Part shown: positions 1 to 12,702 of the stretch, in pieces
Position numbering within the stretch: position 1 is the first letter of the stretch
Layout: each line of letters starts with the position of its first letter
Assembly (NCBI GenBank): GCA_043228905.1
Contig: JBHGNT010000016.1
Span: 13,702,001-13,766,000 of the forward strand
Source of the DNA: Azolla caroliniana
Taxonomy: Eukaryota > Plantae > Polypodiophyta
Length of the DNA: 64,000 nt
Direction of reading: 5' to 3'
Notes under the pieces: generated by a model
Databases searched by the model: none
Seen by the model: only the letters and a program-made list of their open reading frames with translations
Told to the model about the DNA's origin: nothing
Position numbers and translations under genes: made by a program

Positions 1-687
1 CTACGAGTGCTTCAAGTGGTATATTATTCACCCCCCAACCATTCTTCAAGAATGCCATTGTCTCTCTAGTTCAAGTTCTCATTGGTTCAACTCGAATTTT
101 ACACACACACACTACACAAATTTTAGCGACATCTTTGGTAGTCTATCAAGGAGAAGATGAATGGAGTACCAAATGAAGAATTTTTTGATGATGATCAAGC
201 ATGTGCTTCAGGAAAGACCCTATAAAACGAGAGTCTATTAGTCTATAGAGAGAATGGTAGTGGTGTCTCTTGCTATTTAGAGGCATTTAAGGAAAAAAAG
301 TGCATGCAATGTATACTTGAAGTAAGACAATTGGCAAGCTTCATAAGAATGGTAACGAAAAGAATCCAAAATTGAATTCTTAAAATACACGTTGGAAGAT
401 GGCACTATCACAGTGCATGCTTACCTATAGAAAGGGGCATGAATCTTGTATAAAGTTTTTTGTAGATGGAATGTTAATATATAAGAGTTTTTGTATAAAA
501 TACCCTTTTTGCTATTGATCTATTTCTGTTAATTCTTAACAAGTTTTGAATCATTGTGATTATCAGCCGATTAATAGTGTAGCCGATTCACACTGGTTGT
601 GTTTTGATTGACTAAGTTGTAGCGATCCATGTCTGATTAGAAAATACTATTTGTTTAAGTGTAATCTTTACGTTATTCCCATCCCTC

Positions 688-1486
688 CTACCATGATCTT
701 TGTTGAAGGGTACTCAGTGGTTGAGTATTTGACGCGTGCTTCCTAGGGAGTAGGAATAGTGTAAAAAATATTGAATGGTGAACCCAATCAATAGATAAAG
801 AAGAGTTTTTATTAAAAAACCAAGCATAACACAATATTACATCAATGGTACAAGGATTTAGTACATGGAAATCTAGTTGTTCTACATAAGTATCAATGTA
901 AATTGCCAAGGCCTGAATCACCGCGTTGATGTATTGAACTCTTCCATCAACCAAATGCACTTTATAGGTGTGATCACTTATGGTGGGTTGGATTCCCCAT
1001 ATCTGAATCAAACAATCATTCACAAAGTTATGTGAGCTTCCAAAATCAAATAAGAATTGTATTAGAGATCCATTGATATACCCATTTGCACGTAGTAATT
1101 ATTGGGTCCCAATACATAGTGAGGGAAAGAACATTTAAAACTACTTAAATGATGTGTATAGATCTCAAGGACATCAAGAATTTGATCTTTATGATTTGCA
1201 ACTTTGGTTTTGTTGTCATGCTCTTTGCATTGGAGCTTCCAACATTGCTCTTTTGTGTGACCCTTCCTGTTTTGCAGAACACGCAAAAAGAATTTAGTCT
1301 CTTACAATCGTGATTCATGAATTCATTGAGTAACTTGAATTTCCCGAAAAATTCTGACTGCTTAGTCCTGAGTGCTTCGGGTTTGGTATGATCCTTCTTC
1401 AAAGTGCGTTGATAATGAAGGACTATTTCAACCGCCTCTTTAAAGGATTTTGAATCCTTATCCAGCACCATCCAATGATAGTTCAA
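688..1486 (-). pseudogene. Decayed Ty3/gypsy gag zinc-knuckle and retropepsin remnant
   Basis: Frameshifted CCHC knuckle (CVFCK...GHTKEQCW), then FDFGSSHNFV (degenerate D[ST]G protease motif) and VHLVDGR...DVIL-x-W typical of retroviral-type proteases. Confidence 0.55.
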
Positions 1487-2676
1487 ATTGGGGATACCAC
1501 TAATAAAAACAAGTTATTAACTAATTGCCACCTTGTAGTCTTGATTTTTGAATTTGGGTTCTAGTATGGTGAACATAATTTTCTAGTGAGGAAAATTAAT
1601 TCCATCTAGTGAGGTTCATTCATGCTTGTGCAGGCTCGGTGCGATATGGAGGTTGCAGAAATTGACCCTTGAAGCCCTTGACAAAGTCTGTCTAGGTATC
1701 CTGCTAATTCCTTGTACCGCGGAGCCCATGTCCCTAGGTAGCAGCCTTACTCCCTAGTTTTAGACCAACATATGCAATCTTCGTAGTATATGCCGTAGGA
1801 TAGAGCTCAAAATGAGACTCCCCTCGGCCAAGCGAAGTATAGATTGCTTCTTCAGTTCTAACCTTTTTTGCTCTCGTAAATGAATAAGTTGATGACAAAT
1901 GATCGTTCACCTTGATGTTCATCTAGTTTATTAGTATTGCATTGCATACTAATGACCCATGCTTCTAGAGAATTATGAGATTGTCGAAGTTCAGAAATCT
2001 CATTAAAGGTAGAATTAAGGAAATTTTGTATTTGTAAAAAATACCACTCAATTGGGATTTCCCCAAGTGTATTTCCTTGAATTGCCTCCACTTGGGAGGA
2101 AGTCATCGGGTCATTATTATGAACCATAAGAATAGAATGTATGGTAAAAGAAATAGGATAGGGTTAGATAAATAGCATATTAATTTCGTGATGTAAAACT
2201 ATCATGATTAAAAATTAACAGATATCATTATCTCATGTCTATACCGCTTTGGGCATATGAGATGAGGTTTAAGATCAAGTAACTATGATAATACAAAGGT
2301 GTTTTAAAAACCACGGGGATGACAAATGAATGTCTTTCCTTGATCTCTATACTAATTTTTTCATGGTGGCTCCCTGAGGCTCAACCATATTTGTTCACAT
2401 CATGAGTTTATACATGAAAAATGTTAACAATAAACCGTCTTTGTGACCGCCCATGTGGTTTCAGCTCTTTAAGTTCTATTATGAATACCCCGAAGTGCAC
2501 TTAGAACTAAATTCTAAACATATTTTATAGTTATATGCATCAATAATGTTGTTGATAATCAATCTCAACTTCCCTAATGTGTGAACTTCCCTAACTAATG
2601 TGTCATAGAAGTTAAATCCTATGACATATATGTACTAAGTAGTTAATTCCCCAACTCTTTCTTGAGAGGCAGTTTA

Positions 2677-3116
2677 TGTCATGATATGGCAAGACTCGAA
2701 CCCATGACCTTATGGTATATGGGTCGAGCTCTTAACCATCACACCATCTATTGTAATTCATAGGATATTATTTTCATTTATGCTTTATTATAAGAAATTA
2801 ATGTATATTCCAGATTTCTCTGGAACATTCTAGAAGCTTTAGGATTACTCTTGAGGACACTATAAAAGAAGGCACTAGGCATTATGTTGAACCAAATTGG
2901 TTCAACGCCAATCTTAAGCCTCTTGGCCACTTTGTACTTATCCTTCACAGAATATATTAGTTGTTACCATCATCTCTCTCTTTCTCATCCTCGCTATCTC
3001 TCTCTCCTCTTCTCTCTTTCCCTCTCAAGAATCTTACGCAGTCCCGTCCTCTTAGTACTAATAGTACCTCTCTTCTTAGTACTAATTCCCTCTCTACTTT
3101 AGTACTATTCTTGACA
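2677..3116 (+). repeat. 5' LTR of chromovirus
   Basis: Direct repeat of 7874-8294; TG...CA ends; TATAAAA at 2861. Confidence 0.95.
2686..2748 (-). promoter_or_regulatory. tRNA-like Pol III A-box/B-box cassette, antisense within the LTR
   Basis: Minus strand TGGTGTGATGG (2746-2736) and GGTTCGAGTCT (2702-2692), starts 44 nt apart as in tRNA genes. Confidence 0.55.
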
Positions 3117-3118
3117 GT

Positions 3119-3128
3119 TTGAACCAAT
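3119..3128 (+). promoter_or_regulatory. Putative self-priming site (non-tRNA PBS)
   Basis: TTGAACCAAT begins 3 nt after the LTR end and is the exact reverse complement of LTR 2896-2905 (ATTGGTTCAA), 35 nt from the TATA start. There is no TGG tRNA PBS. Confidence 0.65.
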
Positions 3129-3187
3129 CTGTCCTCCTCAAGCCTACTTGTCGTCCTCCCTCATCCTCCTACCCTTTTCCCTATATT

Positions 3188-4345
3188 ATGACTACTGTTA
3201 GCGCCCAAGAATATCAATCCGTTTTCTCCGAGCTACAGTGCCTAAAAGAAAAATTTGTTGCCTTGGAACAAGAAAACTAACGGTTGATAGGGGATCTGCA
3301 ACAAATCGCTCTAGAAAAACAACAAACGCAGCAACAACAAGGGGAGTTAGTGTTACGGGTACAACAACTCGAAGCAACATTGCAATAACAAGGATCAAGT
3401 CCCCAAGGATTTCATAAAGAGCCGAAGATTGGACTTCCTGTGAAATTTGATGGAACGCGATCACAATTCAGGGGATTCCTTAATCAGGTATGATTAGTCA
3501 TCCAAATGCATCCTTCCCGATACCCCACTGATGCATCCTGAGTCGGCCTAATAGACACGTTGCTTAGTGGCTCAACCTTAGCATGGTTCGCTCCGCTTCT
3601 AGAAAAACAATCACCCTTGCTTAATAACTTTGAAGATTTTATCAGTGAGTTTAAAGCCTGCTTTGGAGACACCGACAACATCAGGACGACGATCAACAAG
3701 ATCCTACGATTGCATCAAGGAGATCGTCCAGCCTCTGCCTACGCAACGGATTTCCGTCTGCTCGCTTTAGATATCCCCTAGGATGATCAAGCACTAATGG
3801 AGCCATTTCGCTACGGCCTGCGAAATGATGTCAAAGATTGACTTCTAACCTTCCCCAAAGAACCAAAGTCTCTTACGGAGGCTATCAGTCGAGCGGTCTG
3901 ATGCGACAACCGCCTTTTCGAACGGCGTTCGGAACGTCAATTACAAATACCACGCTCTAGGCCGGAGCCCACTTACGCCTCCATCGCGGCTAAACCGTTT
4001 GCACGAGACATACCTCAACCAAATACTCCGACACCAATGGAGATCGACACCATGTGTAAACGGAGCCCGTTATCCGAAGAAGAAAAACAACAACGACGTG
4101 CAAATCAATTATGTCTTTATTGTGGTGGACCAGGGCATATCGCAATCAATTGTCCCCATAGGCCAAGAAGACAAGTACATCAAATCGTAGCCTCTACTAA
4201 ACCCGAGTCAATTCTTGCCTTCGGAGTGTCTGATAGTATTAATAGTACTAATAGAGTGTTTGATAGTATTAATAGTACTCATAGCCCAAGTATCTCAAAC
4301 AAATTTGAAATCCTTAGTCAATTAGATGAAGAGTTAAACGATTGA
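3188..4345 (+). pseudogene. gag: Chromovirus gag (frameshifts and stops)
   Basis: LLSGSTLAWF, L-x-QG, PMEID and LCLYCGGPGHIAINC knuckle across broken frames. Confidence 0.9.
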
Positions 4346-7300
4346 GTCCAACCAAAATAGGAGCCATTTGGTTGGACAACCCTAGATCTGTACAACCCAT
4401 TAGTGGTTCCATTCCCTCCAAGCAAGTTAGCAATGTGTTCCTAGCCCAAGTCATGGTTAGTATTAAAAGTACTCCCCCAGTACAAGTCCTAGCACTTTTA
4501 GATTCCGGAGCGAATTCCTGTTTCATGGATCGAAATTTGGCCCAAGCTTCTCAAATATCCTTAAGAAAACTTCCTTGCCCCGCATCTGTAGTAGTCATTG
4601 ATGGTCGTCCCATTGTTTCCGGGAATATTGTAGAAGAGTCAGAACCCATTCAGGTTGTCCTAGGTAGTTTTGTGTGTGTAGTATCATTTAATATAATTAG
4701 TAGTCCAGAGCATCCCATTGTCTTGGGATTACCTTGGTTTGAACTACATAATCCAGACATAGATTGGAGAACAAGAGAAGTCCGATATTGACAACCCCAA
4801 GAATCTACTCATCGAGTTTCGACCATTTCACTACGTCAACTACGCGAAGGACACAACGAGGCAATGTTCTTATTTGCCATATCAGTACATCCTTCCAGCG
4901 ATATTAAAGAGGAATCCTTAGTGCAACTTCCAACGAAATATCATCCTTATGCTGACTTCTTTGACAAGGTAAAAGCCGGTACCCTTCCTCATCATCGTCC
5001 CTACGATTGTCCCATCGATTTACAACCAGGAGCAGAGCCACCATGGGGACCAATCTACAACTTGTCACCCACCGAGTTAGAAGTCCTTCGAGCCTACATA
5101 GAGGAGAACTTGGCAAGCAGGTTTATTCGTCATTCGAAATCTCTGGCCGGAGCACCCATCTTCTTTGTCAAGAAGAAAGATGGCTCACTTCATCTTGTCA
5201 TTGATTACCGCGGCTTAAATAAGGTCACCATCCGGAATAGGTATGCACTTCCTCTTATATCAAGTCTTTTAGAGCGAGTTAATGGTGCCAAGTTTTTTAC
5301 AAAAATCAATCTACGAGGAGTGTATAACCTCGTGCGGATCCGACCGGGAGATGAATGGAAGACCGCCTTTCGCATGTGGTATGGGCATTTCGAATATACG
5401 GTTATGCCGTTTGGTCTAACCAATGCACCCGTAGTCTTCCAACACATGGCAAATGATATATTCAGAGACCTATTGGATATCTGTTTGATCATCTATCTGG
5501 ATGATCTATTGATTTATTCGAAGACCCAGGAAGAGCACGATTCTCATGTACTATTAGTACTAAACCGACTCCGTGAGAATGGTCTTTATGCCAAGCTAGA
5601 AAAATGTAGCTTTGACTGCAAGCAAGTGGAATTTCTAGGCTACGTTATCTCCTCAAAGGGCATCTCCATGGATCCAACTAAAGTCCAAACTGTGCTAGAG
5701 TGGCAAATTCCATGGTCAGTACGAGATGTACAATGTTTACTACGTTTTGCTAGCTTCTACCGCAAGTTTATACAGGATTACTCGAAGATTATTTTACCTC
5801 TCACACAATTTGCGAAGAAGGGACAAGCATTTCTTTGGTCCAATGAAGCGGACATGGCTTTTCGGCATCTTAAGAAAGCCTTTACATCAGCACCTATTCT
5901 AGCTCATGTGGATACAAGAAAACCATTCATCATGGAGGTAGACGCATCAGATTTCGCCCTCGGTAGCATCCTTTCTCAACAAGGAGATAAAGAACAGTTA
6001 CATCCTGTGCCTTTCCATTCGCGCAAATTCAATGCTGCGGAAATCAACTATGAAATACATGAAAAGGAGTTATTGGCCATCGTGGATTCATTTGTGCAAT
6101 GACGACATTTTTTGGAGGGCTCTCCACATCAGGTCATCGTCTTCAATGATCACAAGAATCTTTCTTATTTCCAGAACGCTCATGTGCTAAATCGACGGCA
6201 AGCTAGGTGGGCTCAATTCCTCACATGTTTTGATTTCACAATCGCATATCGATCGGGCAATTTTGCTCAAGACATTCTGACGCACATTGATACCTCTCGG
6301 GCATCCTGTTCCCAGTCTCAACAACTAGGTATGGACTAATGACAATTCGAATATCATGATGGTTTGCTCTTCTTTAAAAAGCTTGTATATGTCCCCGATT
6401 GCTCTTGTTGCCTTCAAATCGTCCAAAGTTGTCACGGCACCCATATGGCGGGATATTTCGGTAGCACTAAGATGTTGGATCTAGTTCAACGATCCTTTTG
6501 GTGGCCCCATATGCGATGTTTTGTCGATGACTACGTTCGGACCTGTGATGCTTGCTGCCGAGCAAAGATGCCACGACACCATCCATATGGCTTGTTGGAA
6601 CCCTTACCGATTCCATGTAAGCCGTGGAAGTCTATTTGTCTTGACTTTATCACAAATCTGTCGGTCTCGAAGGGGTCCGATGCTAGCTTAACCGTCGTCA
6701 ATCGATATACGAAGATGGCACATTTTGTGCCGTGTACTAAGGCCATCACTAGCGAGGAAACCGTTGCACTTGTCATGTGTGAGGTATTTCGGCATCACGG
6801 TCTCGAAGGGGTTCGATGCTATCTTAACCGTCGTCAATCGATATACGAAGATGGCACATTTTGTGCCGTGTACTAAGGCCATCACTCACTAGCAAGGAAA
6901 CCGCTGCACTTGTCATGTGTGAGGTATTCCGGCATCATGGCCTCCCAGACAATATCATCAGTGATCGAGGACCGCAATTTGTCTCCAAATTTTGGCAGCA
7001 TCTCTTCAAGATGCTCAAGGTCTCTTAAAACCTCTCCTCCGGCTACTATCCTCAGACCGATGGGCAGGCGGAACGAACAAACCAAACGCTGGAGTAATAT
7101 CTCCGGTGTTTCCTCAGTTATCAACAGGACGATTGGGCCGAGATTCTTCACTTTGCGGAGTTTGCGTATAATAATGTTGGTCACTCCTCAACTCGAGTCT
7201 CCCCATTCTACGCTTATACTGGTTCTCATCCTCGATGGTCGGTGATCGGCACCCTGGAGCTACCTACCAATCCTCGTGCCGAGGATCAGTTGGAGAGACT

Positions 7301-7778
7301 ACGCAAGATCCAGACAGATCTCTCTACTCATCTTCGTCATGCTCAACAGACACAGAAGACTTACACGGACCGTCATCGGCTTCCCTGCTCTTTTGCCATC
7401 GAAGATCGAGTATGGCTCTTACGTCATCACATCAAGACTACTCGACCGTGCGACAAGTTGGATTATCGACGACTCGGTCCTTTCCGTATTACCGGTAAGG
7501 TTAATGATGTCACATTCCATCTTGATTTTCCTCCGCATCTTCGGATACATCCAATCTTCCATAGTTCTCTTCTTGAACCTTATAAAGCAAACACTATTCC
7601 CGATCATGTTACACCACTGCCGCCCCTGCTTGAGTTTGACGTCGGCCCGGAGTATGAAGTTGTTGCGATCCTCGACTCCAAATTTGTTCGCAACAAACTT
7701 TATTATTTGGTCAATTGGCTCGGCTATAGTCCGAGCGAATGTACTTGGGAGCCCATCGAGTATGTCGCCAATGCTTAG
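4342..7778 (+). pseudogene. pol: Chromovirus pol (PR, RT, RNase H, integrase, chromodomain), disrupted
   Basis: ALLDSGA; IYLDD; VDASDFALG...NYEIHEKELL; H...C-x2-C; SDRGPQF-type core; EYEVVAILDS...YLVNWLGY...TWEP chromodomain. Confidence 0.93.
6662..6937 (+). repeat. About 136-bp tandem duplication inside integrase
   Basis: CGGTCTCGAAGGGG... starts at both 6662 and 6798. Confidence 0.9.
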
Positions 7779-7860
7779 GATCTTCTTACTGATTTTCATC
7801 GACAGTATCCCGACAAACCCGGTCCTCAATCAGAGTCGACTTCGTTCCACTCGTCATCTT

Positions 7861-7873
7861 AAGGGGGGGATAG
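7861..7873 (+). promoter_or_regulatory. Polypurine tract
   Basis: AAGGGGGGGATAG directly before the 3' LTR. Confidence 0.9.
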
Positions 7874-8294
7874 TGTCATGATATGGCAAGACTCGAACCC
7901 ATGACCTTATCGTATATGAGTCGAGCTCTCGTAATATTTATTTTCATTTATACTTTATTATAAGGAATTAATGTATATTCCAGATATCCAGATTTCTCTG
8001 GAACATTCTAGAAGCTTTAGGATTACTCCTGAGAACACTATAAAAGAAGGCACTAGGCATTATGTTGAACCAAATTGGCTCAACGCCAGTCTTAAGCCTC
8101 TTAGCCACTTTGTACTTATCCTTCACATAATATATTAGCTGTTACTATCATCTCTCTCTTTCTCATCCTCGCTATCTCTCTCTCCTCTTCTCTCTTTCCC
8201 TCTCAAGAATCTTACGCAGGCCCGTCCTCTTAGTACTAATAGTACCTCTCTTCGTAGTACTAATTCCCTCTCTGCTTTAGTACTATTCCTGACA
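7874..8294 (+). repeat. 3' LTR of chromovirus
   Basis: Matches 2677-3116 with substitutions and indels, including loss of the A-box segment. Confidence 0.95.
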
Positions 8295-8759
8295 GTTTTA
8301 GTGAGAGAACATAGAGAGAAGGTGACTACATAAGCACCTTCTTATCCTCTTTGTATTTGTTGGAGCATTTTGCTATTCTTGTTAATACAGTTTAACTATT
8401 CTCCATATACTCTGTGTTTTCTCTCTCTCTCTCTCTAGTGTACACACACACATCTCTTCCACTGCACATAATCACATCAAGCGATTTGTAGCTTGATCCA
8501 AGTCCATCCGCGTGTCTTGTGCCTACGTTGACGTTATTGAAGAACCAACTGATCAATGTAGCAACGATCCTGCATAGTTCGTATCTCAAATAAGAAGAAG
8601 AAGAAAACTTGATCCAAACAAGTTGACCATCATGAATACTCAAATGGGAATCGCTCTTCCTACCGAGAAACTCAACCTAATGTTTATCCTGGGCTTGACT
8701 TAGCCACAAACACAAAGTATTCCTTTCCAGAATATGTATCCAAAGGGGTGTTCGGAGAG

Positions 8760-9130
8760 ATGGATTTAACATTCCTCACTCATGCACTTATTCAGTTACG
8801 TTTGGAATACATACGCAATATCTGATACAAGATAGACAATCAACAAACTATATTACTCGCATTCCTGTCGTAATTCTTACATCAATCCGGATCCTTTTTA
8901 TAGGCATCTAGTAAGGGTACAAAATGGCGCCTTATTTGGCTATTCGATTACAAAATGGTGCGGATCCAGATTAGTACATGCATTCGGATCTGTCATTTCC
9001 TTAATACAAATTATCTATAATATATTATATATCTCCAGCGTTATCCTCTGGTTCACACCTCCGCCTCCGGATCATACTCTTCTTCGGACAACACATGGCA
9101 CGCCTATGGGATAGTGCATTGCACGTCAAA
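8760..9130 (-). repeat. LTR-like remnant resembling the 14776 LTR
   Basis: Minus strand GCGCCATTTTGTAC...CCTATAAAAAGGATCCGGAT resembles GCACCGTTTTGTAC...CCTATTTAAAGGCCCGGAT at about 15153-15200. Boundaries not defined. Confidence 0.3.
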
Positions 9131-10198
9131 CCCACTTCACTACTCATGAAGTATGTTGAGGATACTTTGGTACATTGCCTCTAGCCATTATTTTTCATTC
9201 ATTTTTGCTGTTGCATCTCCGACTCCGGTTGCTTCACTTGTGACTCTGACTGAGATTCCGTTCTCTCCGTCTCCAACTACTACCCTAACTATTGATCTTC
9301 ATTACTAATGTTTATATGTTCAGCTCTCATCTCTACTTCTTTTTGCCTTCACTCTTGCTCATATGATTCCAACTCCAGTGTAGCCTACAATTGATCATCT
9401 TAAAATTCTTTGAGCAGCTTCAAGATGACGCCTATTTGTACTTTGGCCATTCCTGCAACTAAGCCTCTACAAATTCTTTCGTCTTCTAACGGTTTAGGTT
9501 TCCATTCATGCAACTAAGCCTCTGTTATGCGAAGTCTTGGTAGCACGCGATCAATTTCATTCAACTCAGGTCGACACAATTCATTTGGTGTCCTTTTCCT
9601 CTTCAAACTGTTGGTTGACTGTGTTGTTGGGTTTGGCTTCACACTATTTTCCTCTTGTGCAATCATTAGGCATGGCTTCACCCTGTCTTGCTCTTGTATA
9701 GTGGATTGTGTCGTCGGGTCTGGTATTAGATTTGTGCATGTAGATACTTCTCTAGTCGATATCAACCTACTAATATCACAAGTTGTATCTACCTCCAAAA
9801 TCATATCATCTGTGCAACATGCTTGATCTACTTGCGTGACTAGATCATCTGTGCAACATGCTTAATCTACTTGCGTGACCAAATCATCTGTGTCAGCTGC
9901 TACATCTACTTTCAAGATGGGGCCCTCTAAACACACAACAACATCAACAATTTCCACACTACCATCGGGCTTAGGAGCAATAGATTCAAACACTTTAGAC
10001 TTTGCAACATAAAAAAATGCCAATATATTCACACTCGCAAAGTGGCTAACGGCCTTACGAAACAACATTATGAACATGAAATATTCTACAACAAAATAAT
10101 TTTGTTATCTGAATATTCATCGTAGAGTTCCATTACATGATGCGGATCAAGCAACAACCAATATTTGTTTTACTTGTTCAAATAGATCATAAAAAACT

Positions 10199-10647
10199 TG
10201 TTGAGCGAGCAAGCTCAACCGGATCCGGATCGGCTGAATAAGCTTGAGCCGGATCGGCATCTGGAAGGATGAGCCGAATCGGTATCCGGAAAAAACCGGC
10301 CGGTTCGGGGAGCTGGATTGGAGAGGTGGATTCGATCGGGAACCGGAAGCCTTGTAGTAGCCTAGACTACTAGGTAATCATTGTCTTGTAGTTAGTGTCA
10401 GTCGCACATGTGAGCATTGAAGTACCTGTTAGTACTTTTGTCAGTCCTTTATGGACTTATATAAATAGTGTTGTTTAGCACGTCGTATGTACAGAGTGTT
10501 AGACTTAATTTTTGAATACAGTTTTATGTTCTGCTCTCTCTGTCTCCTCTGTGTTTTTAAGCTTTTCCATTAAACCTTCATCTCATTTTTCTATTGCTAT
10601 CCGGCTGAGCCGGTTCTGTCTGACGCTTCTGCACATTAACATTCACA
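10199..10647 (+). mobile_element. Solo LTR
   Basis: TGTTG...TCACA flanked by a perfect 5-bp TSD AAACT; internal TATATAAATA. Confidence 0.85.
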
Positions 10648-11249
10648 AAACTTGATAATTTTCTCTAAGAAAATAGTTAATTATCATATCCCATTTATTA
10701 GTAATTCAAGAGTCCCTTGACCAAGTAACTGGTCCTATCCCTGATCACGGCCCCTTATTCAACCTTTTTCTAAAAGGTTTCCCATTTAGCCTTGCTTCTT
10801 TCACCCATTGCACAAGTGTGTCCTCCAACAACATTTCCATCACCTTAGCAGTTTCCTACGCATTAGTCGCATCTTGCCTTAGCTATTCAAACAGAGTGGA
10901 TCGGGTGGGACATCATCAACAATTGGGTTCAATGGGGTTGATTAAAGGTTCTCGGAGTTGAAGAAATGTTGCATCAAGTGTTAAAAAACATTGTTGTTAT
11001 GAACCTTAGATTTACATGTTGGGTTGAATATTTCATTACTTTTCGCAACGTTGCCTAATTCAATACTATCTTCTAAAAGAATTCGGTGAATCTGATTTTA
11101 AGGAGAGGTGATAGCAGGACTCTTACTCTCAGCCATATTGCCAAATATCTCCTCATCAGTTGTAGTGTCATCTCAACTAGACATCTCATGTGAGTGAATT
11201 AATCCACGACGTTCTACAACAACATGTGCCAGCGAATTAGTGACTTCTC

Positions 11250-11670
11250 TTTAGCTACTATTTTTTCTTTGTCGGTGTTTAGTTACTTCTATGAAGCTAT
11301 TTAGCCACTACAATATTGTGCTTTTCTACCACCTTAGCTGACAACTATTAGCTACCACACTATAGTTTGGCAATAGCTAATTAGCTTGGAAGTAGCTAAT
11401 CAGCTAATAGAAAGTTTACAAAGTGGCTAAGTAGCTACGACTATTGTAATATCTTAGCTTACTCCGGCTAATTAGCTAATTAGCTTGGAAGTAGCTAAGT
11501 AGCTACAACTATTGTATTGTTTTAGTTTACTCTAGCTAATTAGCTTGGAAGTAGTTAATTACCTACCACACTTTATACTTCTTAGGGGTAAAAGCATGCC
11601 AGTGGAAACACTATTATAGCTAATTAGTTGTTAAAATGGCCATAACTATTAAGCTATTTGTTTAGCTAGT
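11250..11670. repeat. Array of TAGCTAATTAGCTA palindromes (left)
   Basis: Many degenerate copies of the 14-bp perfect palindrome. Confidence 0.85.
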
Positions 11671-12190
11671 TTTTTGTGGGCAAATCATAAGGATCATTTA
11701 TGAAATTTTATGCTTTATTAGTTAAATACATGACATTTAAATACATGTCATTTAATTTATGAGAATGCTAAAAAATTTGAACTTTGGTTTCTAATGTAGT
11801 GGAACTTGGGGAACAATGCCCTCATCTAAACTCGACTTCAATGTCACCAAATTCCTGTTAGTCCTAAGTTTGAGTTCGAAATTCAAACAGATGGAGTACT
11901 CCGAGCATGATTGTAGACGAAGCTCCTACAACAGTGCAAAACTCTGATATCAACATTGCACCTTAAGAGCTACAACACACCACCAGTTCAATCCTCGTCT
12001 AGGTATGTATCAGTTACACATTAAAAAATCTTTTTTTGTCCATTTGTAATAATGGTAACTTTGTTGCGTGTTCATCTTTTATAAAAATCGATAAGGGTGA
12101 AGTCATTGGAGTCCCAAACAAGGATGTCTCAAAGATCGGGGTGTAGTAGTAGGTGTGTTTCTAATTCACAAAATTTTTGATGAGGGTTAA

Positions 12191-12660
12191 TTTCATACAT
12201 ATTTTAGATTAGGGTTTTTGATTTTTTAAGCGGTTGATTTCTGATTTCTGTTGAATATTTCAGATTTAGTGTTGGAATTTTGCATCAATTCACATTTCTG
12301 ATTTCAATGGTTGTGTCTCTGCAAACTTCCCCCAAACTTGATTTAGGATTTGGGTGAATGTGGCTGATTTTTTATTTTTGATTCTTCCCTACCAAATATG
12401 ATTAGGGTTGATTCCATACATATTTCAGATTAGGGTTTTTTATTAGGGTTTTTGATTAAGGTTTTTTATTATGGTTTCTAATTGTTTAAGTGGTTGATTT
12501 CTGATTATTGTCGAATATTTTAGATTTAGTGTTGGAATTTTGCACCAATTCACATTCCTGATTTCAACGGTTGTGTTTCTACAAACTTCCCCCAAACTTA
12601 ATTCAGGATTTGGGTGAATGTGGCTGATTTTTTATTTTAGATTCTTCCCTACCAATTATG
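12191..12660 (+). repeat. Imperfect tandem duplication (about 210-250 bp units)
   Basis: 12191-12400 aligns with 12412-12660. Confidence 0.85.
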
Positions 12661-12702
12661 GTTCTAAATACACACATCCCAGTAGAGCAGAGGTAACATG
12701 TA

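Larger units (their letters stand above)
2677..8294 (+). mobile_element. Full-length, non-functional Ty3/gypsy chromovirus (Tcn1/Tf1-sushi-like)
   Basis: Two LTRs TGTCA...TGACA, near-perfect 5-bp TSD GTTTA/GTTTT, PPT, gag-PR-RT-RH-IN order and a C-terminal chromodomain. Confidence 0.95.
2547..8476 (+). repeat. Probable older LTR (about 2547-2676 plus 8300-8476) split by the chromovirus insertion
   Basis: 8300-8476 ends ...GCACATAATCACA and shares AATACAGTTTT and CT-rich tracts with the 3' half of solo LTR 10199-10647. The left boundary is uncertain and no clean TSD was seen. Confidence 0.3.

Noticed and set aside
109-130. CACTA terminus (CACTACACAAATTTTAGCGAC); also CACTACAA at 11306 and TGTAGTG near 11795
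   Set aside because: No matching partner TIR with a 3-bp TSD could be established; the hits lie in a CA run or a repeat array, or are unpaired.
2686-2748. Genuine tRNA genes at the A/B-box cassettes
   Set aside because: No convincing acceptor or anticodon stems; only promoter boxes and partial T-arms.
9400-10150. Possible host gene fragment on the minus strand
   Set aside because: Short broken frames with local repeats and no recognisable domain.
12205-12475. Interstitial telomere (TTAGGGTTT motifs, also near 27192)
   Set aside because: Isolated, non-tandem motifs.
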